Counted from the first letter of the stretch, positions 13,290-27,633 are shown. The stretch: 64,000 nucleotides of DNA from Ylistrum balloti (GCF_031769215.1 NW_026782393.1:62001-126000), one strand, 5' to 3'. The notes: a model not told the origin generated them from the letters alone. Numbers and translations: made by a program.

Positions 13290-16200
13290 TCACGTGTCTT
13301 GTGTTTTTGGAACATGTCCAGCTGTTGCAAATTTCATCAGTCTGATTATCTCGAGTTTCGTCATACCAAACTCATTAATAAGAATATCCCGATCCAGTTC
13401 CTGAAGTATAGCTCCGTCAATTAAATTGTCTCTGAATGTTTCGGTATACTTCTGAAGTTTGAGTTTAATAAGGAATTTGCCTAACTCATCAATATCAAGT
13501 TCTTTTACGTTGATTTTATCCGACTTGCCACTGACGGCCGCTTGTTTCTGCCCTACTTGACTCTCCTCTTGTTGAACTAGTGTTATGTTTTCATCTCTTG
13601 TGCCCGGAACATCGCCTATAGGGCCCTCCGGCCTTTTCTGGCGTAAAGAATAGGTATTATCTCCACGTTTTGGAACCGGAGGAGGAGGTTCTTTCTTTGG
13701 ATTTTCGTTCTCGCTCTCTGCCTTGCTCTTAATTGCTCTATATAGCGGAGACTGATCAAGAGCAGAAAGTTGTTTAGGTGGTGTGGATGTTGAAGATGGA
13801 AGTTGCGCTGGAGGTTTGGATGCAGGAATTTTTGCCATGGGTTTCGGCGTTGTTATTGGTTTAGCTGTTGTAACCGGTGGTACTTTAACTGGAGTTGGAG
13901 TTAGCATATGTTTTGTGTCTAGCTCATTGTACAATGAATCGCTTGGTATGATATCATACACATTGTCATCCATGGTCTTTGGGACGAGGTCTGTATAACC
14001 ATCACGTCTTTTTGATTTCCTTCCCTTTTCCATACCTTCGTCAATGTGACAATAGTCCACAGGTGAAGCGTAATAGTATATATCGTGTCTAGTGGCGTGA
14101 TCGGAGTAAACAGCAATGTCTAAAACATAGAAATAAAAATCCTTTTAAATAATACGAAAAACTGAAAAGTGCATATGGAATACTTGGAAAATAGTAATTA
14201 CAAATGGACCAGAGATAGGATCAGTGGATATACACATGTATGGATAGGAAATGACATGATAAGGTTTTAGGGGCGTACGCGTACATAATAAATATCATCG
14301 ATAAAATTTCTAACACAACTTTGTTTTCTCCTAACCCAAGATGGTTTCTATAGGCACTGTAATTATGAACTATTGTGCGCCTTCTCCTTATTTCTATTTC
14401 AAGACAGAATATACAACTGTATAAGTAACTGTTTTAGACCTGACGAGTCCTAGAAGCAGCTGTAGGGTGATTCTTATTCATTATTTGGCTCTTCTTTATT
14501 ACGTTCCATAGTTGTAATGAAAGGATGATATTAACTTATGTATCTTTTACAATCTTCCTATGAAAGATACGAGATAGGTAGGAAAATTGCAATAAAATCA
14601 TTCGATCCAAACCACAAGCAGAAGAACCTATATTAATCTCCGTATTTGACCAACCTTCATTTCCTTTGATATCGTCAAAGCTGATATTCTTCACCACCTG
14701 TGCATGCATTTCTCTACAGACAGCGTCGAACCTTTCCTGTGGTTGAACTGCGAACCCAGTTATGATAGACAGACGAAGATCCGGCAGGTAAACAGGTACC
14801 ACCGTAACCTTTCCGTATAAGGAGGCTATAACATAGCATCAAATGATATATCATCCATAAATTTTTGTCTAGAATAGCAGATTAATAAATGATGAAAAAA
14901 AACCGAAATTTATCTATTTATTTCTGTAAATGTCCCAAAACCATTTTGATACCTGTCATTTCTTAATAATGATCTGTTCCTATGACTATGAATTAGTAAT
15001 TAATGAATGTTATACTACTGAATTCGGTGATTCAGAATACGCGAAGGCCTATTTATTTTGAAGTTTTATTTTGATCACTATTTTCGAGGACATATCTATG
15101 ACATTAAGTATTTTTAATTATCTATCATTCACTTCATATCTGCCGTAAGAAAACCATCCTTTTCTGCTTTTTTTATTGTTTTTATTATTTTTTTTCAAAA
15201 CCGCGAAAATCATTGAAGAAAAGCAATCTTTACACTAGCACAAAACGTTTTTATTTTCTTTTGAAAACAAGTAACGTAACAAGCATGCATAATAGGGTTA
15301 TATTCGAAATTTTTTATATTAAAATCTTTATTGTATACTAGGTTTGTGATATACATGGTTTGCTTTAAACAGTTTTTGATGTACAGAAACCATCTTTAAA
15401 AACTGTTTTACGTATATATAGCACTTATCATTCAAATGGTTTAGGTTTTATTATATTACTAGATATAACCATGTTGTATATGATAATTGAAACACAATTA
15501 AACGCATGATTAAGTTCAGACATGTTATGACGAGAAAATATACGAAATGTCTAGGTCTATGAAAGTATGGTATCTTCATGTCAATTTAAAATTCAAACAC
15601 ATTGTAATTCAACCGAAACATGAAGTCAGAAATAAAAGAGTATACTTTAAAAAGATTTTAAAAAAATAGAAATGATATTAGATATTAACGTACTTCCTGC
15701 CACTGCGTTTCCAAGAAGGAAGAATTCGTCATGTGTTTCCAGTAAAGAAATCCTGAACATCTGACCGCTTTTCTGACGAGTGCTTTTGTCAGTGTCTCCA
15801 ACTTTGAGCGTGTCCCCTCCAGACTTCCCAAGCTGAACCTCAACAGGGAGATCGTGCTTAAGGACAATATCTTGTAAAGTCTCCTCCTTACCAACTGGAT
15901 ATAGAAATTATATACATAACTATACCTATACATGTGTTTACGACATATTGTAAAGGTCCTTCTTTTCCATTTGAATGTCGCCATTAGATACATTTATAAA
16001 TCAAGGTACACATATATTTATATACAATATATTGTAAAATCTTACCGATTGGAATTAAACTGTATTTATTTTACAACATTTACGAAGAAAGTTTTTCCAA
16101 CTTATATTAATCATTCTTGTTGGTTCGGATGGAAGCGTGAGAGGGGTCTTAATGTGGGAGGAAACCGGAGTTCCCGGGGAAAATTCTCGGGCAAGTGACC

Positions 16201-17304
16201 GCACACCTTTTCACATCCATCACGGGGAATCGAACCCTGGACGGCTAGGTGAAAGGCGAGTACGTTACCACTACGCAACTTGACCAACCAAAGTGGATAT
16301 GGTTATTATATACATAACGATTTACACGTGGTACAAAAAGTATTTTAAGAACCAAGAGAATAACAATATGTCAACAAAGTCTTATTTCAAACTTGAATTT
16401 GATAAAACTCAGGTTAAGAAAAGAAGAAAGATTTTGAAGGAGATGCTTGAAATGTACTAGGAGAATACGGCCTGACGATCCAGAAGCGTAATATCTTTAC
16501 ATGGAATATTCATTGTATGACGACAAACATCAGATACGTATTATAAATATAAAGCTTTTAATTCATGAATAAATTCACAAATTTTGTAAATTGTAAAGGT
16601 ACTTCTAAATTGTGTTTATTCTCATGGTTGTTTATTCATAACGAGAGATATATAAACGATGTAATCTGATAAATTAAGTGAAAGTAACAGAAGCGAGTCA
16701 CATATGTTATTGGTATCACCTTTAGCTCCAGATTTGATCATACAGAACTTTGCGTCATAGTTGATAGGTATACTGAGATGTGTTCCATCTATTCCAGGCA
16801 GACGGCAACCATCACACATCTTAGCTATTACTCGCTTCTGGATCGAGAAGGTATGGATACGCAACACCTATAATAGAAACATCCGATATTTAGAAAAAAT
16901 ATTTTTGCGAACCACAGGAAAAGATAACCGTAGCAAAATAATGAAAACTACATTTTGTGAAACCGTAAAATCATGAGAAATCACATTTCTCTAAAAAATT
17001 ACAAACATTCATCGCAGATTTAATCAATACATTGAAAATATTATCTCAAAGGGTTATGTATTCACTGTACTCGGGGGGGGGGGGGGGAATGAATATGTGA
17101 AAAATAAATTATTTGAATATATACATAATACAACTGAAACAGTGTTTACATCATTACCTGCTCTCTATCGAACGTATCGAGCACCACCTCTCCACAATAA
17201 CCTTGGGTGATCATGATCAGCTTCGGAAGGGAGTCTTTATAATGGTCGTAGAATTCCTTAACGCTCATTTCATCTAAGGAACATTTGAACTGATAGGCTG
17301 CCAT
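13290..17304 (-). CDS. CABIT-domain / proline-rich / C-terminal SAM adaptor protein (GAREM/THEMIS-like architecture), about 498 aa
   Basis: Exons 17304-17158, 16867-16720, 15894-15694, 14825-14655, 14119-13290; GT-AG with consistent phases (0,1,1,1); total 1497 nt. N-term EFYDHYKDSLPKLIMITQGY and TLQDIVLKHDLPVEV resemble CABIT; PPPPVPKR is an SH3-ligand motif; ELGKFLIKLKLQKYTETFRDNLIDGAILQEL is a SAM domain. Confidence 0.82.
16111..16289 (-). mobile_element. tRNA-derived SINE (V-domain-like core), in an intron of the CABIT-SAM gene
   Basis: On -: A-box gttgcgtagtggtaa, B-box ggttcgattcc, core ttttccccgggaactccggtttcctcccaca, 3' cgcttccatccgaaccaacaagaatg shared with 54852-55078. Confidence 0.75.
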
Positions 17305-19039
17305 GATGTCGGCTGCAAAAATTATAACAATACCACGTGATTTTATAAAGCATTTCACATCAATAATCATGTAACAGGAAAACGCACCTAACCGTTATAG
17401 AATTACACTATCTAATCCGGGTGTACAAATGGTAATGCATTATTGAAGTTTCTTATTATTCTTAGTAATATTATTTTTGCAAACTAACAATCGTTATCAT
17501 GAATCTATGGTTTTGAACTTGTATTAAGCATAATTCCAGGAAAATTTCATTGATGTGCGGTCCAATGAACATGAAGCATCACATAAAGCAACATCCCTTT
17601 CGATCTCACTTCGCAGAGTTTGACATCCAGAGACGCGAATTCCATCGTACAAAGTTGTGTTAACATACTGATACAGTTATTTTCAATAAATTTCAATCAA
17701 GTCACTTAATTGAAGAACGGGTTCATTATACATAAGTGATCATTACTAGTCCTTAACTCATTGTAAGTTAACCTTATTCAAACGATAAGCCGTTTGTGCT
17801 ATCAAATATCACTTTAGAAACATTGCTCACTATCATTCTGGTGAGTATGAAAACATGTCTATATCCATACCTACAGATGACTATATAATTAAATGTATAA
17901 CGGATATTAAAAAATTGTATTAATGTATACATAGTATAGTGTGTGTGAGAGTTGAATACCTTTATTTTCAATATTTCTGTATTAATTCTTTTGTGTTATT
18001 TTCATTTCAATCTTGTGAAAATACTAAGTGTAAATCAATTAACTTATTCTACTCTGGCCACTATGTGGAGAAAATTTATATATAGGCTTTGCCTGTTATT
18101 TAATCCACATTGACATTAAAATCTTTCGTCAACAAAATTTGTTGAAATGAAATTTCTATATCCATTCTAACTAATGATAGTTCTCCTTTTTGCAGCACAA
18201 TGCACGACAAAATCGCAACAATGACTCACTGAACTCAGTATCTGCACCACTTTAACTTTGATATCTATTGTCATGTTTTTCTTTTTGTCGTGTCACTACT
18301 GCTTTCTGGATAATTTAGTTCATCATGACATCGCAGATATGAGTAAGACATTGTTCTGTATAGAAAGTTTGTATCCGTGTCTGTATTTATAAGCCGAATG
18401 ACTATTCCAGTTGTTATCTTCACGAGGGATGTCTAGTGTGGCAAATTACAGCTTAGCTATATATGACATTCCTAATGACAGAGCTAAAGAAAGGAAAAAT
18501 TGTTTACAAGTTATGTTTCAACCGGATAGCCTCAATACAGACGCAAGTATCGGTTACTGAAACAGCCATTGTTGATTGGTCGTAATCTTACAAAAGAAGA
18601 CAAAAAATTGCGTCAGTCAAATTGTTATTTACAACAAACAGCGTAATGTGAAGAAAAAGGTAGAATTCCAGGTGTTTTTTTTATTATTATTTTTTTCAGA
18701 TATAGGTAAAATGAAACAACACAGTGTCAGCCCTCCCTATTGCATATAGGACGCCTTATCGCTATATTCAAGCACATATCTGTTTAACCTACCTTTTTAT
18801 ACCGCTTATTTGGCAACTAATCAATATTTCCCACATAATTCACATGTTATTGCGGTGATAAATATCAAAACACTCACGAAACACAAGATAGCACTTTACT
18901 CCACTACTGTAAACCATACTATTATATATCTCAACAACAACAAAAAAACTCAAAATTAAATTATGCAATCAATAGCCTATGCTATTTTGGAAAATTTGTT
19001 CAAAATGTTATATCAATGTTTATGGCGTCTGGAAATTGG

Positions 19040-19310
19040 AAGATCTGGTCTCTGTATCGAACGGCATTTAGGTTTGGATCCAGGACCACTTAGGGGAGAA
19101 TCATCCACAAACCATTACAGAAGCCCCACCGAATACATCGCGTTCAACCACGCATGCGGCAGCGAAACGCTCACCGCGTCTGCGATATATCCGTTTTCTT
19201 CCGTCTGAGCGACACAGACAGAATCTAGACTCGTCAGTGAACATCACTTGCCTCCATCGACGCATCCCAAACCTATCGGAAATTACCAGACGAGGTCGGC
19301 GCGCAATGAT
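19040..19310 (-). mobile_element. Tc1/mariner transposase remnant (pseudogenised)
   Basis: Minus-strand translation ARRP..WRQVMFTDESRFCLCRSDGRKRIYRRRGERFAAACVVERDVFGGASVMVCG* then NLNAVRYRDQIL: first catalytic Asp motif (FTDES) and GGxSVMVWG-like block; internal TGA at 19101-19103. Confidence 0.85.
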
Positions 19311-19841
19311 TATCTCGTCACGGTTCGTTCACTGTCCACAGCGACTATTGAATGACTATGATGTTAACATGGAAAGCACATACAGTTTCTGGTGGACAGG
19401 GATTCTTTTGTTATGATTGCAGCAAAGGCAAGAAACAATGTCAGACAAACGAGTGCAAGTGCTATAAAGCAAAGAGACTTTGTAATAGCAGATGCCACAA
19501 TAGCCTTACTTGTCCAAATAAGTAATGTGTATACAGACATTGTAGGGAGGACATGATCTACATTATACAGCTTTCGATGGGGTCGATGTACGAGTAATGA
19601 ATAAAGTACACTTGTAACATACTTTGTACCAGTAGATACCAAGTAGTCTAACTTGTCAACATAAGTACTGTGTTTAAATATACAATGTAGGTAGGACATT
19701 ATCCACATTATACAGCATACGATTGGTACTTCAACTTAAAAATAAATCTGTTTTAACTTGTCCCTTGTTTTTTATCTTGATGTTCAGTTGTGTGTACATT
19801 ACTAGTATGTATGAGTAATGAATAAAGTATATTTAAATATC

Positions 19842-19974
19842 CAGGGATTTCGTGAAATAACTTAAGCATCATTCCAGTAATTACAGGAAATCCCTAAAGA
19901 TTTGAGTGATTTCGTGAAATTTCTAAGTGAATTAGGGATTTGACTAATTCACTGATAGTTTCACGAAATCCCTG
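19842..19974. repeat. MITE-like fragment bounded by a perfect 16-bp inverted repeat
   Basis: cagggatttcgtgaaa (19842-19857) and tttcacgaaatccctg (19959-19974), with internal partial copies; no target-site duplication seen. Confidence 0.5.
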
Positions 19975-21433
19975 ATTTCACAATATTACTGTAACATATA
20001 CATGCACGGTAAAGAGTACAAGAAATACATTACAGTTTGTGTTTAATACAGATAAAATTCACTTGGTAGATATGTCTCATTACTCATTGTAGGACAACAT
20101 CTTGTACTTCCAACTATATGTGTTTAGGTATATAGAATAATAACACGCCTCACCTGTAATTCGATATCAAGGTAAATTCATTCAATTAACCCCGGTCTAG
20201 TCAACAGTCTGCTTCAAGCTTAACATGTACACAAGCTTCCTGTTCTAATGATACCCTCCATTGCAAACTGGTGTATTTTTAGAACAGGATGAAAATTTTC
20301 CGAACAATAAAGGTATTTTAAAGGTGCTCCGAAATGCCTCGTGCTCATTTTATACATTCACGTATGTATAAACACACCTTGTACGATAATGCACAACATA
20401 AACACGATATGCAATAGGAGAAAGGCAGCTACAGGCAATAAAACACTCGGTCACATGTTTTACGCGAGTCAATGTTTACTTTATTATTTATATTTTATAA
20501 TTATTATACAATTTAAATTCCTAATATAAATCCTGAGTTGTTTAGATAGAAGATGGACCGTGGAATAGACATCAGTACTGTCGTTTAATTGTATTTTAAA
20601 CGAAATAATTTTTGATACTTAAAAATCCATTTTAAAACTATCATTAATGAAGATTTTTTTTAGTTTAAGTAAGATAACTTCTCTATCAATGTATATATAC
20701 TAATTCCCCTTATTACACTGTATAATTCTACAATTTAAACTTTTAAACAAATAAGATCTATAAATTAACCTTGTTAAATTATTTAATTTTATACATTGTT
20801 AAACTTTACATTTATATAAACCTCATTAATCTATGTATAATTTTATACAAGTTATACATTGTTAAACTATGTAGTTACATAAAAAAACTTTGTTTTAATA
20901 CATACATTTAAACTTTATATCTACACATTTTGACTTTCTTAAAATTTGGTGTTATACAAATAAATAAAGCTGACATAAACAAAGTAGATTTACCAATGAC
21001 GAAATGTTTTTTGTTTGTTTTTTGTTGTGTTGATGTGTGTTATGTAGAGTACTTTCGATATGTCGTGTAAGTTTATCTCTTGCTTTATTTATCTACATGA
21101 GGAATATTATAATCAGAATAACAAACTTATCAGAATTTATAATGTTCTATCTCTTGAATCTAATCAATAGTGATTAACATAGATAATATCGATAGGTATA
21201 TTATTTACTATTTAATATATTGTATATATACTGTGATAAATGGTGACATTAAAATCACAGGTAAGTAATAAATATAGAGAGGGTCATGTGTTCTCAGTCA
21301 TCACATCTACTGATTAATGTTGATGTTGTTCGAAATTTAAACAGATTTTAAAAAAACAAAGGTAAAAGCTTTCAACTTGAAATGGTCGCTGACTGTTGAG
21401 CTGTCCCCCCAGTCATCAGTGATACTAACTTAC

Positions 21434-21455
21434 CGGAAGTTGGCTTCGTGTCCAT
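21434..21455 (-). other. Putative upstream coding exon of the CABIT-SAM gene (MDTKPTS)
   Basis: aaaaATGGACACGAAGCCAACTTCCG|gtaagt: good Kozak context and a phase-1 donor that joins in frame to the acceptor ttttgcag|CCGACATCATG at 17312. Confidence 0.4.
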
Positions 21456-23121
21456 TTTTGATGCTTAATCTCCAATTTAGAAAAAAGAATGATCTTGGTG
21501 TAGTTTCTTGTGCAGTATTACATCTGTAAATACATTAATGAATTTATCAAACATAATTATATAGTTGTTGAGACGTAAAGAGTTGAACCAAATAAAATCG
21601 CACACAAAACATCACTAATACGTTTTAATTATTAGTGAAGCACAATAACAAAAGACCAAAATGAAGTATAAAGACTATCACATACATATGTGTATCATGC
21701 ACAGGGTCGACTTCCATATAAGATACCTAGTGTTTATAACAACAGGTTGAAGCCCTAAACAGTTCGTTCTAATCAATAAATACACCACTGCTTGTATGTT
21801 ATCGTTTTGGTTAATCAACAACACACAATTTTCAATAATGGTCCTAAGACATGCAGCATTGCGGGACAGACATACCAGTATTACAGGACTGACTTAATAT
21901 TTCATACACATTATCATTCCATGTATTGAATCTTTAAAGAAATAAGTTTTTTTTTTAACTTTCCAATGACAGTATGTATTCAAGCAAGACCACTTCACTG
22001 CATTATATACACTCAAAGCATTTATGCGATAATAATAGTTAATTTGCCAGTTGGAAGTAAACGTGAAGTAAACATAATACTTGAAATTTCTTTTGTGACA
22101 AAACGAAATAACAACTTTTGTCCTGAAAATCTAACCATGGTGAATAGCTCAAACGTTCAGATGACAACTGGTATTGCTATCTGTGACGTAACAATGATCT
22201 TTATGTTATATATTTGTTAAATCCATTGAGAAAATTTATATTTTCACTTCCCTAGGAAGAATTAGATCAATGTTTAACGAGCTCGTGTAAATTCCTATTA
22301 TATCAAACCCACAGCTAGAATTTTTTTCACATTTTGCTTAGATGCAAAACATTAAGGGAAAATGTAATTAGAATTACCTCAATCAAGGAACATTTCATCC
22401 TAAACATTTCATCCTAAACATTTCATCCCATCCATAAAGAAAGCAAGGCTTTTGTGCAATAGTTTCACTGAGTTGGAAGCAGTATGTTGCAAGCACAAAT
22501 ATATACACGAAACAAAAAGCTTTGTGAAGATAAACAACTTCCTCGTTGATAAAATACAAAATATATAGAATGTAGATGTAATGTGTCACTCTTCGATTTG
22601 TTACATCAACCATGAACATACCTCAAGACTTGTCATCGCCATTCTGTCTTCAACTGTCTTATCGTCAATGCAAGTCTCAGTAGGGTAAACTCCAGTATCC
22701 GTCTAGGATTTGGGCGCACTGACTGGGTGTGTGACGGCATGTACATTTATGTTTAAACATAAATATTATGGTTCAGTAAGCAGGGTATTCAAATTACTTC
22801 CTCGTCTCGTTCGAAATTGAATACTGGTTTTGTTATATGCAGATGTAATGGGTTTTCAGCTCTGTCGTGTTGGACTTCATTTTATTTTCATATGTATTAC
22901 CTAACGTGTATCGAATTTCACTGTTTGGTTCCTATGCGCAAATTCCCACGGACCATATATACATGCAAAATAAAATCTGTTTGGTTGCTCACCTTGCATG
23001 TATCTGCTGCTGATAGGACAATATAAACAATATCAATCAAGCTAAAGTATTCATCAGGCTCGGATACAATATACAACATAATACATGCAATTCACTGAAT
23101 GAAAAATAACATATCTATTAC

Positions 23122-25408
23122 ACCTAACGTCATCCATCACTCCTCACCTTGTCCACGAAGCCTAACGTCATCCATCACTCCTCACCTTGTCCACGAAGCC
23201 TAACGTCATCCATCTCTCATCACCTCATCCGTGAAACCTAACGTCATCCATCACTCCTCACCTTGTCCACGAAGCCTAACGTCATCCATCACTCCTCACC
23301 TTGTCCACGAAGCCTAACGTCATCCATCTCTCATCACCTCATCCGTGAAACCTAACGTCATCCATCACTCCTCACCTTGTCCACGAAGCCTAAAGTCATC
23401 CATCACTCCTCACCTTGTCCACGAAGCCTAACGTCATCCATCTCTCATCACCTCATCCGTGAAACCTAACGTCATCCATCACTCCTCACCTTGTCCACGA
23501 AGCCTAACGTCATCCATCTCTCATCACCTCATCCGTGAAACCTAACGTCATCCATCACTCCTCACCTTGTCCACGAAGCCTAACGTCATCCATCTCTCAT
23601 CACCTCATCCGTGAAACATAACGTCATCCATCACTCCTCAACTCATCCATGAAGCCTAACGTCATCCATCACTCCTCACTCCATCAATAAAAACCTAACG
23701 TCATCCATCAATCCTCACCTCATCCATAAAATCCTAACGTCATCCATCACTCCTCACCTCATCCATAAACCTAACGTCATCCATCACTCCTCACTTCATC
23801 CATAAAAACCAAACGTCATCCAACTCTCCTCACCTCATCCATAGAAACCTAACATCATCCATCACTCCTCACCTCATTCGTGAAACCTAACGTGATCCAT
23901 CACTCCTCACCTCATCCATAAAAACCTAACGTCATCCATCACTCCTCACCTCATCTATAAAAACCTAACGTCAGCCATCACTCCTTACCTCATCCATAAA
24001 GACCTAACGTCATCCATCACTCCTCTCCTCATCCATAAAAACCTAACGTCATCCATCACTCCTCTCCTCATCCGTGAAACCTAACGTCATCCATCACTCC
24101 TCTCCTCATCCATAAAAACCTAACGTCATCCATCACTCCTCTCCTCATCCATAAACCTAACGTCATCCATCACTCCTCTCCTCATCCGTGAAACCTAACG
24201 TCATCCATCACTCCTCTCCTCATCCATAAAAACCTAACGTCATCCATCACTCCTCTCCTCATCCATGAAACCTAACGTCATCCATCACTCCTCTCCTCAT
24301 CCATAAAAACCTAACGTCATCCATCACTCCTCTCCTCATCCATAAACCTAACGTCATCCATCACTCCTCACCTCATCCATAAACCTAACGTCATCCATCA
24401 CTCCTCACCTCATCCATAAACCTAACGTCATCCATCACTCCTCTCCTCATCCATGAAACCTAACGTCAATCATCACTTCTCACCTCATCCATAAAAACCT
24501 AACGTCATCCATCACTCCTCACCTCATCCATAAACCTAACGTCATCCATCACTCCTCTCCTCATCCATAAACCTAACGTCATCCATCACTCCTCACCTCA
24601 TCCATAAACCTAACGTCATCCATCACTAAACCTAACGTCATCCATCACTCCTCTCCTCATCCATAAACCTAACGTCAATCATCACTTCTCACCTCATCCA
24701 TAAAAACCTAACGTCAATCATCACTCCTCACCTCATCCATAAACCTAACGTCATCCATCACTTCTCACCTCATCCATAAACCTAACGTCATCCATCACTT
24801 CTCACCTCATCCATAAAAACCTAACGTCATCCATCACTCCTCACCTCATCCATAAAAACCTAACGTCAATCATCACTCCTCACCTCATCCATAAACCTAA
24901 CGTCATCCATCACTCCTCACCTCATCCATAAAAACCTAACGTCATCCATCACTCCTCACCTCATCCATAAACCTAACGTCATCCATCACTTCTCACCTCA
25001 TCCATAAAAACCTAACGTCAATCATCACTCCTCACCTCATCCATAAACCTAACGTCATCCATCACTCCTCTCCTCATCCATAAACCTAACGTCATCCATC
25101 ACTCCTCTCCTCATCCATAAACCTAACGTCATCCATCACTTCTCACCTCATCCATAAAAACCTAACGTCAATCATCACTCCTCACCTCATCCATAAACCT
25201 AACGTCATCCATCACTTCTCACTTTGTCCACGAAGCCTAACGTCATCCATCACTCCTCACCTCATTCATGAAACCTAACGTCATCCATCACTCCTCTCCT
25301 CATCCATGAAACCTAACGTCATCCATCACTTCTCACCTCATCCATAAAAACCTAACGTCATCCATCACTCCTCACCTCATCCATAAAATCCTAACGTCAT
25401 CCATCACT
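23122..25408. repeat. Minisatellite, 36-38-bp unit (cctaacgtcatccatcactcctcacctcatccataaa), about 60 copies
   Basis: Directly visible tandem array; unit starts at 23123, 23161, 23199... Confidence 0.97.
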
Positions 25409-27633
25409 TTTCTTATTTGAGAATGTGACGATACTTACCCTTCCGGAACACCTGGTCTTTTCCTCCTTGCACCTTTTCATGATTCTCAATGTAAACATTT
25501 CTTTTGTTTATTTTGCAGTAGTTTTATTGAATTTGAGTTTGGATTGAGTTTCCAAGTTCTAGTTGTTTTATGGTGCTGATAAAACTCTCTTCGGACAGTA
25601 TTCCATATCCTTACAACAAAATAAAGAAAATGAACGCTATCTTAAGTCTACACTTGACTGTTGTGGGTACAGGCTATCGGAATAACTTCGAGTTACCTTT
25701 CCTCTCTAAGATTCATTAAGTTCCAACTCTCAAATTTACTGGACATGAAACACAGTACCGGCTGACACTGTTCAGAATTACTCCTTTGATCACTGTCCGT
25801 TTCTGTGATCATGTTGTATTCTAAGAGATCCCACATGAAACTTTGTGCCTACGATTTCATGACTAATATTTTGTATATATTGGATCATTCACCTTCTTGC
25901 CTTTTACTTGTTTTAGATTTTTATTTAAATCCGTGTCAGTCCTTAAACAATTCTTGTTTAAAAGTGGACATGTTGGATGTTCATAAGTTTGAATGTTGTT
26001 TCAATTGTTGTGTACCTCGTTCTCACTTGAGAAAGCAACATTACTAACTTGGATTGGCCTAGCTTTACATAGCAAGTTTTGTCAATGAAGCCAAAAATGA
26101 TTTCTCTTCTGGAACACCTGGTCCTTGTACGTTTTCAGTGTATATTGTTCATATTTTGCTCTAGTTTTTTTTTAGTTTTGATTATGATTCTGTTCATGTG
26201 TTGGTATTTTACTTGTTATTTTTGTTATCCCTATTCCTTTGAAAGTAAACTGTGGATCTTTCTCAATTTTATATAAATCTTTCCATTGATCCCCTTTCGT
26301 ACATTTCGACAGCAATTGGAAAACAAAACTGGCAGACTTCTGTGAAACTATCCCTGCCGGCAAACAAGGATTTTGGAAGTTTTTAGTCTCCTGATTCATG
26401 AAATGAAATTCTGCCTGCAGAATCAATCATAAAGAATCTAAAATAAAATTGATTTTTTTGTCTCAATATTATTATTATACAAACGAAACACCGAATTACA
26501 GTTCTATATTTGTATCGTTTCAAGAAACGAAAACCGAATAATGATGGAATGACAGACCTCATTGAATCTTGGAATATTGAAATGATTGGGGCATAATAAG
26601 GTAGGTCATCACAAACTTAAATCTTAAATGATTTTTACTCATGTTTCCATTTACCGATTGCTTGAATGGAGTTCATTAATTTCTAGAACATCAGGACTCT
26701 AAAACTTAAAATGTTTGATTGATTTAATTTCAAATTAATGTCTCTTTCGCTCATGAATAAAAAAAAACATTTGACAACTCCCTCACATGTATATATATAT
26801 GTAAACAACATTTATTCATTATTTTCCAAAATTTTGCAGGAGATATTTCAGACCTGCAGCGCTGATATCCTTGGTACACAAAATATACAAGTCATAATCC
26901 CAATGAGGACAATGGTGATGGAAAAAGAATTGGATCCAGCCCTGATCACCTTTGCAGAAAATTTTATACCTCCTTCATTCAAGATACACACCAAGTCCAT
27001 TAATAGTTTGCAATGTCTAAAATTTTAGGTTATGATATGGTGAACTAAGATTGGTAGCCATGTGTATTCACATCAACCTCTCTGACATGACAGATGTTGG
27101 ACAGAGTAGCTACTCTCCTACAGGATTCTGTATTTAACATAAATACTCACCTCATACCCAACTGTTGATCCTTTCCAATACATCATTTCATCATAAACAG
27201 TTATTTTCAGATAACTTTGAAAATATTTTTAAGTATAATATTTTCTGCAGAGGTAAAAATACAGTCACTTCAATAGAAATAGGGCCTTGTTTATCAGATG
27301 CACATTTGTAAGTGTAAAATCACTTAATATAAGTAGCACATGTTGCTTCACAACACTACCAGCTGTACATGGTAGAAAAAACCAGTCTCTGGTAGAGGTC
27401 AAAGTTCAAAGACGATCTTCAAAAGTTCAGAGGTCATGGAATCACCTTTTAGAAAACAACTCCAAAATGAAGACGTTAAGAAATTGCTACAAAGTCTGTG
27501 GTCAAAGGTCATCATCACCAGCAGGTCAGAGGTCAGATCTGGACAGTCTCCATCCTCTGTCAAGCTGTGGTCTTATCTTTAGAAAATAACTCCAAAATGA
27601 AGACATTAAGAAATTATAGACAAATGTCTGTGG

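Noticed and set aside
23122-25408. CRISPR-like appearance of the long regular arrays (also 27968-28645, 34622-37425, 63050-64000)
   Set aside because: Units are head-to-tail with no unique spacers, no cas genes are present, and the context is eukaryotic.
23122-25408. Telomere-like CCTAA in each unit
   Set aside because: A single 5-mer per 37 bp; the molluscan telomere repeat is TTAGGG and no tandem runs occur.
26172-27028. ORFs with splice-acceptor-like starts (AEFHFMNQETKNFQNPCLPAG; EIFQTCSADILG)
   Set aside because: No recognisable family and no consistent partner exons; likely PRPF3 3' UTR or intergenic sequence.
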